DNA from: Haplodiscus bocki
Lineage: Eukaryota
Length of the DNA: 64,000 bases
Direction of reading: 5' to 3'
Assembly (NCBI GenBank): GCA_965655095.1
Contig: OZ296649.1
Location: 64,294,001-64,358,000 of the forward strand
The notes beneath the pieces are model-generated. The model worked only from the letters and a program-made list of their open reading frames with translations. It did not search any database and had not been told where the DNA came from. Made by a program: the position numbers and the translations under genes. Positions 13,255-24,039 of this stretch are shown here, piece by piece. How positions within the stretch are numbered: the first letter of the stretch is position 1; the number at the start of each line of letters is the position of its first letter.

Positions 13255-14290
13255 AGTAGTGGAAGAGTGAGCTGATCAAGCGGGGGTTCCTATGCATTAA
13301 GATAGGTTATAGCGAGCCGATTCGAGCCGAGAAGGGAACTCGACCTTAGCCGAGAGCTCTCGGGTGACGTAATACTCTATTCTGATTGGCTAACGATTCG
13401 GGTGACGTAATACTCGATTTTGATTGGCTGCTGAGAGCTCTCGGGTGACGTAATACTCGATTCTGATTGGCTGAGGACTCGGGTGACGTAATACTCGAAC
13501 TTCATTGGCTGACGAGATTGAAATCCGAATGTATCGGCTCAATGTTTTAAGATAGGGTATAGATCGGCTCAATGTATAAAGATAGGGTATAGTTCGGCTC
13601 AATGTATTAAGATAGGGTATAGTTCGGCTCAATGTAATAAGGTAGGGTATAGTTCGGTTCAATGTATAAAGATAGGGAGTGGGCTCAATTTCGGCACTGT
13701 GAGAATACATCGAAAAAGTTTGTTTTGAACTGATTTTTTCTTGCAGGCCCGCCCGCGCGGGTACTATTTATGGCGCGGACTAATTTTGACGCCTGCGGTT
13801 GATTGATACAAGTGCAGGTACTGTTGTGACTGAATGCCATGTGATGAGATACTTCGGCAATGTATTAAGATAGGGTATAGTTCGGTAATGTTTTAAGATA
13901 GGGTATAGTTAGGTAACGTTTTAAGATAGCGTATAGTTTGGTAAGGTATTAAGATGAGTATAGTGCGGTAATGTCTCAAGACAGGGTAAAGTTTGGTAAT
14001 GTATTAAGATAGGGAATAGGTCGGTAATGTATTAAAATAGGGTTTAGTTCGGTAATGTAATCAGTCGGGGTATAGTAGTTCAACGTGAAAAATTGAAATA
14101 TACGTGAAGGTTGTAGCAACCTGACTGTAGCAATGCAAAAGAAAAAATGGTGGAATATAAGTCGCAAGTGTTACCGAATACGATATACCATATATGGAAA
14201 AACCATAAAAGGAAAAACCAGCCATGAAAGGAATTTTCAACCATAAAAGGAGCTGTCAGCCACTTTCCCTCACGCGTGCGGACACTTATG
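13255..14290 (+). repeat. Maverick left TIR with internal tandem arrays
   Basis: Inverted match to 30620-31721 extends to CACTTTCCCTCACGCGTG (~14261-14278). Contains 38/43-bp TGACGTAA+ATTGG units, 30-bp units (~13531-13680) and ~28-bp units (~13850-14060). Confidence 0.95.
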
Positions 14291-14406
14291 TGAATTAATG
14301 CTATGGAAAAGGATTGTAATATGGTTCTGAAAAGCTGATTAGGAACTATAAAAATTAACAAACACATTGTATAACCTGCACATTTATATGAAATGAAAAT
14401 GAAACA

Positions 14407-14800
14407 TTACATGTAATTATTTATGAATGAAAATACATTAACATCGTGAACTCTTGTAAATTTTTGTTGTCGGAATCTGATGGGATGAAAAGCTCCATGT
14501 AGCGTGTAGAAACGGCAAACGCTGGGATTGGACTGTAATGGTTCTGGCATGATCTTTTCATATTGCTGCTTGAGGACACTGTACTTTTTACGAACAAGAG
14601 AGTCTGCAAAATACAATTTTCGACAAGAATTTTCTATCATTATCCAATGATCACCTTGCATAATGCTGAGTGACGTATTTACAATGGCAAAAGTGTCATT
14701 GTCAGGAGTTGGAACATAATCACAGGGAAATGATCCACGGTACCGATTCTTGAGTAGTTATATACGGTTGATTATATGCTTGAGAGAAAAAATATCAAAT
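14407..14800 (-). pseudogene. Maverick adenain-like cysteine protease (PRO)
   Basis: YRGSFPCD...FAIVNT...GDHWIMI...LYFADSL...LQSNPSVC: His, Asp, Gln and Cys in adenoviral protease order. Confidence 0.88.
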
Positions 14801-16200
14801 GTACATATTTTTTCCAACAACCCCAAACTTGTCAACTGCAACCAAAGACATTCGTTTTCCCAATAGAATGAGTTAAGTAACGTGTTCTACAGGAAAAATA
14901 AAGTTTATCTCCAGCCTCAGTGATTCTCCAACTAGTTCTGGGTAATAACAATTTCCAGTAGCTTCTTGCATCGAAGTGAAATCAAATACGAGTACATAGT
15001 GGTCTTTGAAAAAATCAATTGCAATTGAGGGGATATTATGTTTGAAGTTCCTGGTTTTCATTGTCGTAACTTAAAGGCAAAAATTATCAGCAATATCAAA
15101 GTCTACGATTGGCTGACCTCCTCTGAGTATTCTATATTGTCTGAAATCAAATTGTTGATAACAGAATCGGTTTTCAGTGTATGATCCAGTGAATGCAGAG
15201 TTTGTATTCATTGCAATAGCAATCCCACGAGCTGGAGCATTGTGGAAAATGTTTTCTTGATTGAACTGACTTAGTCTGGCAGGAAAGATGAATGTTTTTG
15301 CAAGTGATACCAAATAGTTGAATTCCACAGGAGCATAGGCCAGTATGTCCATTCGTTTCTTGTAATAATAATCCATGAGAGCAATACGACGAGTGTAAAG
15401 TGAGTAATCAACAAATACAAGACTAACGGGGTTGTCGCTAGTCATGTAGAAATTAGGTCTGGCTCTGATTAGTGCTAGCCTGATTTTCATAGGTAGATAT
15501 AGCAATTCAGAAGTGGCTAAAACGTCAACCCCCAATTTAACATACAACATGAAGCTACGGGGTCTGCTAAGCGTTTTCTTTCTTCTTGTGAAAAAAGGTT
15601 CAGACAAAGGGGCCTCCATACTTTCATCACGAAACTCTTCATAGTCGTAGCCCTCGCAAAGCAAAACAATTTTGTATATAGAGATAGCCCCCGTTAGGTT
15701 GTTGGAAATCTAAAGCTTGTGCGCATACAATCCGTCAGAGTTGTAAATTTGCTGATTGTCGATGTACACTTCAACAATGGAAAAACTTGAATGCAAAATA
15801 TTTTTTACATGAGTAACGAGAGGAACTGAAGCCTCTTGTTCCTCTTCCGCCGTCGCTTCCTCATCCACTTTTGCCTCTTGTTTGTGCTCCTTTTTTTACT
15901 TCTTTGGTTTTGTAAGTTTCGTAACCATCACTTTTGACGAATTTCAACTTTAAAGCCAAGTAAGTCTGTGCCAAATCAATGTAATAGTTCCGATCCGTTT
16001 CTAATTCAAACTCTATGCAGTTTTGATCGAGTGAGGTAGTAGGAAAGAATTCTTGTTCGTGGGATAACAAGACATCGTTAACAAATGCGACGTTCTTTCC
16101 AAGATTTCCAGAAACAGCCACAAACGGTTGGTAACCAAAATTGCTCGACTTGGTTAATGAGAAATGTTTGTAGAAATGTCTTTTCGCAACCGACTGATTT
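14795..16200 (-). pseudogene. Maverick major capsid protein (double jelly-roll type), frameshifted
   Basis: ORFs 15861..16253 (IEFELETDRNYYIDLAQTYLALKLK), 15071..15664 and 14873..15061, plus ILHSSFSIVEVYIDNQQI. Size and motifs fit Polinton MCP. Confidence 0.85.
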
Positions 16201-16518
16201 GTTTTGCAGATTTTGTTGGAATGATCTTGCTTGCAATCTTTTCCTGCTACCACTACCCAATTGTTTTCTCAGAGTCTGTCTTCCCATACTCTTTGCAGGT
16301 GTCTTGAAATTCTTTCTACCACTAACAACCCCTGCGACTTCTGCCGCAGCAAATTCCAACAATTCAGCACCTAAACGTTTTGCAGCTGGGACAATTTGTT
16401 CACGCAAAAATGAAATTGCAGTTCTCCCAATTATTTGTGCAAGTGCACTGAATCCTCGCCCACGTTGTCGACCAATATCCCTATAGAATGGAATCTCTAC
16501 TTGTCTTGAAGAAACCAA
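16078..16518 (-). CDS. Small basic virion core/membrane-lytic-like protein with QRGRG motif
   Basis: PFYRDIGRQRGRGFSALAQIIGRTAISFLREQIVPAAK: a QRGxG motif followed by an amphipathic helix, located between the two capsid genes. The start codon is TTG (degenerate). Confidence 0.7.
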   Translation of the reverse strand: MVSSRQVEIPFYRDIGRQRGRGFSALAQIIGRTAISFLREQIVPAAKRLGAELLEFAAAEVAGVVSGRKNFKTPAKSMGRQTLRKQLGSGSRKRLQARSFQQNLQNKSVGCEKTFLQTFLINQVEQFWLPTVCGCFWKSWKERRIC

Positions 16519-16536
16519 CTTGTAACGTCTTTCAGG

Positions 16537-17317
16537 TTAGAAATGAATGTTGGAAGCTTTTCTGAACATAAAAGCAAGACGAGGGAAACCGACACATATA
16601 AAGAGAATTCTATCACCGCTCGTGTCTATCAAGTCAACTTGAAAACTATGAAAGGAATTTTGGGCAGCGGTCTGAATTGCAGGTTGCTATATGTCTGATA
16701 GTTCATGTACTGTCCAGTAGTTATAATGTCTCGAAATAATACGAAAGCAACGCAGCAATGGAGCCTTCGTATCGCCAACGATTTTGTACTCAATCAGGTC
16801 CGTGTATATAATGAGCGAGTGTATGCGGACAATGTGGTAAGCAAAATCTGGCCTGTCAGCTTTTTTCCTCTCAACATCACTCCAAATTCATTGCCAACAT
16901 TACTACCGAAAATGTTTCCCAGGTGCGTACTGAAGAATGCAAGACCAGATCCTTCCTCTGCAAGGTAAATCTCAACTTTTTGCGTTCTTTGAGACACATT
17001 AACTGTGATACATATTTCGCTGTAATTGTATCTTTCTTGAATGAGAGTGTTCAAGGTTTCAACAATATCGGTAATGGAAGGGTAAGGACCAGGTTCCAGA
17101 TAAAACAGTTGTGACGACTTTGAAAGTTTCTTGTCAAAAACTTTCCCTCTGTGACTTTTTGGAACATTGATGTGTAGGATATTTCCGAAATTGCAACCTC
17201 CCATTGACCTTCCAGATTCAGTTGCTCTGGTAAGAAGTTTGTAAAAGAGCTCGGTGTAATGCCTGGAAAAAGTGGCGCAGATGCATTCGAAACCAACTCT
17301 TTTTAAAACGATTCCAT
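16537..17317 (-). pseudogene. Maverick minor capsid (penton-like) protein
   Basis: ELVSNASAPLFPGITPSSFTNFLPEQLNLEGQWEVAISEISY is the typical Polinton minor capsid N-terminus. Several frameshifts follow. Confidence 0.85.
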
Positions 17318-17319
17318 TG

Positions 17320-18261
17320 TTAAATGACTTTGATCAACTCTTTCTGATGAATTTTACCGCGGATAATGTAACCTTGTTCATTCCTTATTGTGGATGTTGG
17401 AGATTTTCTGAAAGAAATTGCAACATTTTCAAAACTTCCTTTGTAAATTTTGGCTTATAACTCTTCCTGAGGGCTAGGTCATACTTCGAGATGCGAACTG
17501 TGTTTCCAAGTCTAAACTCGGGTTTTTCCTATTCTTGTAGTGGCTTGCTGTGCAGATTGGACAAAAAGTCCGAATTGTTGATATTCGTTGGTATTAAGCC
17601 TATCGAACAAGTTTTTTCTGGAATTCACGACTGTGACGAATTGAGACAATTTGTGAATGTACTTGTATGCATATTCTTCCATGTAACAGTAAAGTATTTG
17701 GTTCAGGGATCGTTCTGTACGTTCACCAAATGCAGCCTTGATTTCACTCCTTGTAGAGTAAATTTGTTTTCCTTCACCTTTGCAAAGTTTTCTCAAGTCG
17801 CAAGCAAATTTTTTTCCCCTGTCAACCCAAGCTGCCTTGGGTCGATTATTGTTTATAATCATGGTCAAAAATGCACAAACCCTTTCTTCGGAATTGTTTG
17901 TTTTCATTCCCTTTGCATCTACGGTTCTATCAAAAACGACTTGACGAACTAGCAAATACTTTACACCGTTAGTATCTTTGGCTAGTTTATCAACGCAAGC
18001 TAAGTCAAAACATCAAATTTCATTTCTGAATGTTGCAAACGCGTTCATTTTTTTTTTGAATTTACCTGTGACAATAGTAAATTTTGTATAGGAAGTTTTT
18101 GAATGCAAAAATGGTCTCACCTTTGATAGTGGTAGGTTGCTAATTTTCACTAAATTGCGCACAGAGCCAAAAGCAGCACCACCCTATGTGAACAGCCTTT
18201 GCAGATTCTGTCGTTCGTGTTCTGAAAGGGACCCAGCTTCTTCTCTCTTTGGCTTTGGCAT
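17320..18261 (-). pseudogene. Maverick retroviral-like (rve) integrase
   Basis: GGAAFGSVRNL...VKYLLVRQ...WVDRGKKF...KAAFGERTERSL...VNSR, followed by an SH3-like tail (FRLGNTVRISKYD...KELIKVI*). Confidence 0.9.
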
Positions 18262-18625
18262 TTTGATTCAGAACCAGAGTTGGGGATAGACCAGCAGCGT
18301 CAAGTAAAGTAAAGTGAACTTCAGGAATGTCTGCGTTTTTCCGACAATGTGGTTGAACAAAGTCTGACCGTAAAACTCCAGTTTCCACACCATCCAATTT
18401 TAAAATTTGCGGAATTGAGAGATTGTTACGAGGAAAAGACAAAATTTTGTCAACTAAAGGGTCTGCTTTGGCATACAGTTTTTTGTGTATTTCCTTTTCA
18501 AGCGAATCAATTTGGTACGTAGGATTTTGTGAAAGTTGATACTTTGGAACTTCCTGCTTTGTAACTGACTGGTTATTCAAACTCTTGTTGTATACAGAAG
18601 GAGGAACGCGAACAAACTGCTCCAT
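18140..18625 (-). CDS. Uncharacterised Maverick ORF between ATPase and integrase
   Basis: Open 161-aa ATG-initiated ORF in the co-oriented structural block. Its 3' end overlaps the INT start. Confidence 0.55.
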   Translation of the reverse strand: MEQFVRVPPSVYNKSLNNQSVTKQEVPKYQLSQNPTYQIDSLEKEIHKKLYAKADPLVDKILSFPRNNLSIPQILKLDGVETGVLRSDFVQPHCRKNADIPEVHFTLLDAAGLSPTLVLNQNAKAKERRSWVPFRTRTTESAKAVHIGWCCFWLCAQFSEN

Positions 18626-19582
18626 GTCAACCCAAATGGTTAATGACGGGGGGAGTAACGACTTTTATGATTTGTAACCATTTTTTGGATGCCAGATCCT
18701 CTCTTGTTTGCTTCCAAGTGACTTTTCTAGAAAGAGCACTCGAACTTCGTTTTTAAATTCTGTCACGTGATGCCTTTTTCTGCTTTGCAGGTTTCTTTGA
18801 GAAGATTTACTATACATTCGCAGAGGAACTTGGTAAACTCTTTTGTGTGAGACTGAAGGAAAAGACCTTTGGATTTGTGGGAAACTGATTGGAACACCTG
18901 AAAATAGAGAGATCTTGTGATTTCATCGTCCAAAAATTAGGACTGTTTCAGCTGATCCAGGATTAAAAACTTTGAGGGAATTGATCCGGTGTTTGTACAA
19001 TACCGTAATAGATCGTCTGTTCGCGGTGACAAGTCAATCAATAAGTGGCCTTAGGGAACAGATGTTGCGTCTCGATACCAGTCAACTAGCTCTGATCCGA
19101 GGCCCAAATTGTGCACTAAGCGTACTGACTTGCATCAGATCACGGAGAGACCTGAAAAGAAAAATGTGCGTGTTTTGGAGCTCAACGTCTCGCCCATCTT
19201 TGCTTTGATGAATCAAGTTTGGGTTAATGAAAATAGAACTGAATCCACGATGTCTTCCAGCAGTTGCAATTTCAACAAAAGTTTTTGATTTGCAAATCTT
19301 TTCACATCAAACGTCAAAGAATAACGAGTATTTTGTACGGTTGTTTTTTAACGAATCTATATAGTTAAAGTTCACACCTTGAACAAAATCAAAAATTTCA
19401 ATCTCTTCTTGCATAACATCAGAAAGTGGCTGAGAGTTCTGATAAAAAAATTAAATTTTGTCAAATTTTGGTTAAAGGGTTCCATTTTTGAGCCAATTAT
19501 AAATAAGTTGTGGTGTTTCCCCTCTTGGTGGGTCCTACCAATGATATAAAGACGCATTATTTGTAGAAATTAACTTGTTCAT
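18626..19582 (-). pseudogene. Maverick A32/FtsK-like DNA-packaging ATPase
   Basis: Frameshifted Walker A (FISLVGP...GK), Walker B region (TKYSLFFD), IATAGRHRG, and the downstream DVELQNTHIFL...DWYRDATSVP...LLIDLSPRTDDRLRY. Confidence 0.88.
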
Positions 19583-19796
19583 AGTTTTGCTGAGGGTAAA
19601 ATGTATCCCGCTGCACTACAGAGAAAGCCGAACCTAACAGTGGATTCGTCACAAGTTTATGAAAGATAAATTCTCTAAAAGCAGCCAAAGTTATTGAGCA
19701 AAACCATAGAAAGTTGTGAAAAAAACACAAATAAAGACCTGGAATAGGTTTGTCCCAAACCGGCTCACAATTTTCTCTCTCGATTGCTGTGGTCAA
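19557..19796 (-). CDS. Small hydrophobic Maverick ORF (MTTAIEREN...)
   Basis: 79-aa ORF directly upstream of the ATPase with a hydrophobic central stretch. TTG start. Confidence 0.4.
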   Translation of the reverse strand: MTTAIERENCEPVWDKPIPGLYLCFFHNFLWFCSITLAAFREFIFHKLVTNPLLGSAFSVVQRDTFYPQQNYEQVNFYK

Positions 19797-20769
19797 AGAC
19801 TATTTTACCTAGAATAAAAAGATCTTTTTCATCAGTCATCTCTCTTGTATGCTCAATTTTTCTGTATTGAATCTCCAAGAAAAAGGTTGAATAAATATAA
19901 AAAAGGAGGGCAGAAAGAGTTTTACGGAAAAACAAAGAGTAGGCCAGTCACGTGATCGAGCAAACATAAATTTGTTCCTCGCCCAAACTTGTAACAGTAG
20001 CCTGGACCTTTGCCACTACGTGCCCACACTGCTCCAACAGCATCAGGTGGTATTGCATGTAGTCTAAACACTATGAAATCACAAAACGAAAACTCCAAGT
20101 GCGAGTCCTTAGAACCAATGGTTCCACCAAATTTAAATCTTAGTCTAACTCACGTAAAGAAAGTCTAGAATCCCAACAGAAACATGCTTTTAGAAATAGG
20201 TTTTTGAGAACACTATTGTGTTCAAATGACTATTCTAATCCCGTGTACAATCGGAGATTGCTCCTTAGAAAGAGAACATCCATTCTTGACGGAATTTGTT
20301 TCATTTATGAACAGTTGTTTCGTCCAGTACAATGCACCGCATTTAGAATATTTCAATGTAGTGCAATGGATAAACTCGTTTTGCCAAGAGCAACTGGTAT
20401 TCTGTCCACTTCAGAAAATTTTCATTATCTTTGAAGTACAAACTGTTTCAGTAACGGTACACGACAATAATCAACTTGTCTGTATCAGTCTTGAAGTTTA
20501 CACTTGCTTTTCAACTGCCACTATAAAATTTCCATTATAGGCTAGAAATTTGTTCTTTAAAATCAGTCTTTTCAAAGTCTGGCATTTGTTGCATTTCAAC
20601 TACAGTTAGTGTAAGTTTTTCGGGAGATGTTTCGGGAGTTGTAAGTACAACATGATAAAAACCCAAATTTTATTTTAGCTTGAGAAAAAGGTTTCTATTA
20701 TCTCCACTGTTCCAACTCATTCTGATTCGAGCAGAAAGGAAAATCATAAAGAGTACACAGACCAAATTT

Positions 20770-21348
20770 TTTTAAAGGAGATTTCAAATGGGTTGATTAG
20801 TAAAAAGTTTATCATAAACAGAATCCATTAAATCAAGTAGGTAGATAAATTCCTCAAATTTATAAATCACATAAACAAATTGTTGAAAATTCTCTTTTCT
20901 TCTGCTTTGCGAACAATCGGACTTGATCAACTGAATTCTCTCGCTTTTCCACATGATGCCGCAGCAAAGTTACACAATACTTTCTATTTGCTTGGTCCAC
21001 TACATCCATCAGCTTGTCAGCCAGTTTGAGTTTTTCATCCATGTCTTTGGACATTGTTGGTATCAGCATTAGTGACAAGTTTTCCTCTCTGCCAAAGTTT
21101 TCTGCTGAAATGACCAGCTGGTTCCTCAATCGTATGAACTGGTTGTCATCTGTTTCTCCCATTGTGAGACTTTGGACCAGGCGAAATTCTCTGTTGTTGT
21201 CCCTCTTGATCACTTTAAGTTCAACATCCGATTAGTTGGAGTCATTTTTGGACCAAAAAAATTGACCAAAAGTGCCTTGACAATTTCCAAAGTCCACATA
21301 ACCGGTAAAAATTAGCTTGTCCTAGCAAGCAGTAGTTTTGTGAGCCAT
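20770..21348 (-). pseudogene. Maverick cargo gene with two similar halves, possibly PC4/Whirly-like ssDNA-binding
   Basis: MAHKTTAC*DKL...DVELKVIKRDNNREFRLVQSLTMGETDDNQFIRLRNQL...QVRLFAK...FQQFVYVIYKFEEFIYLLDLMDSV, about 190 aa with stops and a frameshift. The fold call is inference. Confidence 0.45.
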
Positions 21349-21534
21349 GGGTGACGGAGAAAGCACACTGGTAGCTGAAAGAAATGAATAATTTCTGACA
21401 AAGGAAGATAAGGAATGGTCAAGGAGCAGGAAACTGTTGCTTTTCTGCGCTGCTTTTTTGGTTGTTGTCACGTGACAGTTCCATTTGTGGAACATCTTTT
21501 CTTTTTGGCATTTTAATTTTAATTCTCAGATCCT

Positions 21535-21978
21535 TTGATCAGAAAAAGACTCAACAATCAAATGGCAGCTGTACTGTCACAATTGATTCCCAGCTTCTAC
21601 ACAAAATATTCAAAAAACACAACTTTTGTTTCGACAAACACTTATGAAAAATACATTGTGAGTAAAGAGTACTATATCGCTCGGCACGATGACAAGATGT
21701 GTTTCATACCCAATTGCAGATATCACATTATACTATTAGGCGACATTAAAGAGTTGTTACAAAAATTAGTTGCTTTTTGGCTCAACTACCAACACGTGGG
21801 CTGTCTGTTTACACTTCTCAAGTTCCAAATCAGTGGCAAAATTGTTGTCATGACTGAACAACTCTTTGACAGTGTGCAGAGGGCAGTTCATTTCAACGAC
21901 CAAAACAGAGGAGTGGACAGAATACCCGGCATCGCGAAAGAGAGACTCTTGAGGAAAAAGTACAAAAACATTTGTTGA
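21535..21978 (+). CDS. Uncharacterised Maverick cargo ORF (opposite strand to its neighbours)
   Basis: 147-aa open frame with an internal ATG (MAAVLSQLIP...). No recognisable motif. Confidence 0.45.
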   Translation: MIRKRLNNQMAAVLSQLIPSFYTKYSKNTTFVSTNTYEKYIVSKEYYIARHDDKMCFIPNCRYHIILLGDIKELLQKLVAFWLNYQHVGCLFTLLKFQISGKIVVMTEQLFDSVQRAVHFNDQNRGVDRIPGIAKERLLRKKYKNIC

Positions 21979-22154
21979 GCTCCTCTAAAAAACTGAATCG
22001 AGGCAAACTAGTGGATCAGTCCTTGCAGACAGAATTGAACAAGTTAAAAAGACCAAGTTCGAGTTTTAACTGCGAAAAGTTGCAGATGGTCTTCTAGATT
22101 GTCACGGTTTTTACACTAGTAGTTTAATAGCTTTTAAAATAAAATCTTTCTAAA

Positions 22155-22340
22155 CTAACCTTTTTCTGAGGTTGAATAAGACTTGTAGAAATGAATTGGT
22201 AGTGCAAACGATACAGTTATCACACCCATCAAAAACTCGATTGCCATGAAGAACGCAATAACCAAAAACTTACTACCAAACATGAGACAAAAACATGCCA
22301 CACACTCGTAAAAATTCTCTTTACCCCAGGCCGTTGTCAT
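22155..22340 (-). CDS. Small putative membrane protein (MTTAWGKEN...)
   Basis: 61-aa ATG ORF with a long hydrophobic, Cys-containing stretch. Confidence 0.45.
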   Translation of the reverse strand: MTTAWGKENFYECVACFCLMFGSKFLVIAFFMAIEFLMGVITVSFALPIHFYKSYSTSEKG

Positions 22341-22464
22341 TTTTCAGCAAGTTGCTCTTTTTAATCCAGCATGTTTCTTTTCCAGCAAGGTGCTAATATT
22401 TTGGTAAAATTTGAGCGAGTATTTGAATTAACGGTTTAAAAAGCAAGACTTCAATATAAAATTT

Positions 22465-22900
22465 TTAAAACGTTTCAGATTTTGAATGAAAAAAAATACA
22501 ACTCGTCAGGTTTCGAGTTACAAAAACGAAATGCGTTAGATTTTGAATTGGACATTTTTCGACACCTCAGAGTTTGAAAAAGTTTTCATTCAAAAACTCA
22601 CGTTCTGGTTCGTTTTACTCCGTGAAACTGACATTAGGTGCATTTTTTGTGCCTTTTTGAAGAGCATGTTTTTCAATTGAAACTTTTAAAACGTGTCAGA
22701 TTTTGAATTGAGAAAAACACAATGTGTCAGATTTTGAATTGAAAAAAATGGAACGCGTTAAATTTTGAATTCATTAAAAGACAACGCGTCAGATTTTGAA
22801 TTAAAAAGTCTTCGTCTTGTCAGATTTTGAAGTAAAATATCTACAACGTGTCAGAGTGTAAAATAAAAAGTTTTACCTCGTCAGATTTTGAATCAAAAGT
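22465..22900 (+). repeat. ~31-bp tandem array inside the Maverick
   Basis: About 11 units of AACGCGTCAGATTTTGAATT plus an A-rich linker, in two blocks (4 and 7 units) separated by ~100 bp. Confidence 0.85.
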
Positions 22901-23337
22901 TTTTCATTTTTTTAGAACTTCTAACCTGGTCTCACCATTTGCACTTTTCACATCGCTTTCCTCCATATAAGCATGTGCTATTACAGCCCACAATATCTTC
23001 GTCAACTAGATAACAGCATTTGCCACCTATTCAAACAATACTTCTTGTACTTTTTCGCAAGCACCTTGATTTTTGATTTTGGCTATGGTGTCTTACGTTA
23101 TCCTCTGTATGGGCTTAACATATGCACAAAATTGCGGCAACTAGTGAAAATATTGATATCGATACTGAAACTGCTTTTGTCTCACACATGTCTGACTAGT
23201 TTTTGAAAAATGTTATGATAAATTGAAACACGTTAATTACAATTATTAAAACACAAACACGGTAATACCTAGTGAAACAAAATTCTATAAACATAATCAG
23301 CAAGAATTTGCTATTCCTGTTCCAAATGGACGACTTC

Positions 23338-23814
23338 TCAGCAATGCAGGGGGTCGTGTTGGTCTCGCAGAGACTGGTGTTGTTGTTGGAGGAGAGTTCT
23401 TCTCTTCCACTTCATCGAGCACAATGGGGTTTTCTGCCGAACCCCCACGTCCAAGTCGTCAACCGCTGTTGGTGAACAAGGGGTATCAATGCCCAATCTC
23501 AGGACATCGTCTACATTCAGCTGAGCATTTTCCCAGTAGAATTCAACATCGGGCAGATCTGCAGACACTGATACCCGCTTGTTTCCATGTCTTGTGCACC
23601 TACTCTTGAAAGCATTTCGTCCATCATTTCCATAGTCCCATCCTGGTTGGGGATAACTAGAACCCTCGCTAGATGGTTGTTCAGAAAGTCTTGTCATTGG
23701 GACATCAACAAGCTCTAAGCTGCCAGAAGAATTTCTTGTGAACTTGTTGTCATTTCCTGGACGACATCCACTACAGTCAGAGTCACTGAATCTGTTCCAA
23801 AATCTAGAGGCCAC
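23338..23814 (-). CDS. Ser/Asp-rich low-complexity Maverick cargo ORF
   Basis: 158-aa open frame, co-oriented with the cargo block. No motif recognised. Confidence 0.4.
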   Translation of the reverse strand: MASRFWNRFSDSDCSGCRPGNDNKFTRNSSGSLELVDVPMTRLSEQPSSEGSSYPQPGWDYGNDGRNAFKSRCTRHGNKRVSVSADLPDVEFYWENAQLNVDDVLRLGIDTPCSPTAVDDLDVGVRQKTPLCSMKWKRRTLLQQQHQSLRDQHDPLHC

Positions 23815-24039
23815 TCAATACGGTCGTTGGAGACTGAGAAAATCATTTTGCTTTGCCGTAGACTGAAATTATATAAAATGAGCATGTAAATGGAATTTCG
23901 CTCAACTGCATCAACCAATGGGGTGTCCACACGATTATGCCATAAATGGAATGACTTTTGCCTTTTTTGGCACAAGTTAGGGTGTGCTTGATTGTGATTG
24001 GCAGAGAAATGTCTTCATGGAGATGGCTTTTTTCGTAGC

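Noticed and set aside
13390-13710. ORFs with TLSRTIPYL repeats (also 31021..31374)
   Set aside because: These are translations of the 30-bp TIR minisatellite.
16085-17952. Plus-strand ORFs 16085..16486, 16705..16968 and 17491..17952
   Set aside because: They are antisense shadows of the minus-strand Maverick genes.
22465-22900. CRISPR-like repeat/spacer array
   Set aside because: Linkers are ~11 bp, A-rich and not unique, repeats are degenerate, there are no cas genes, and the context is eukaryotic.
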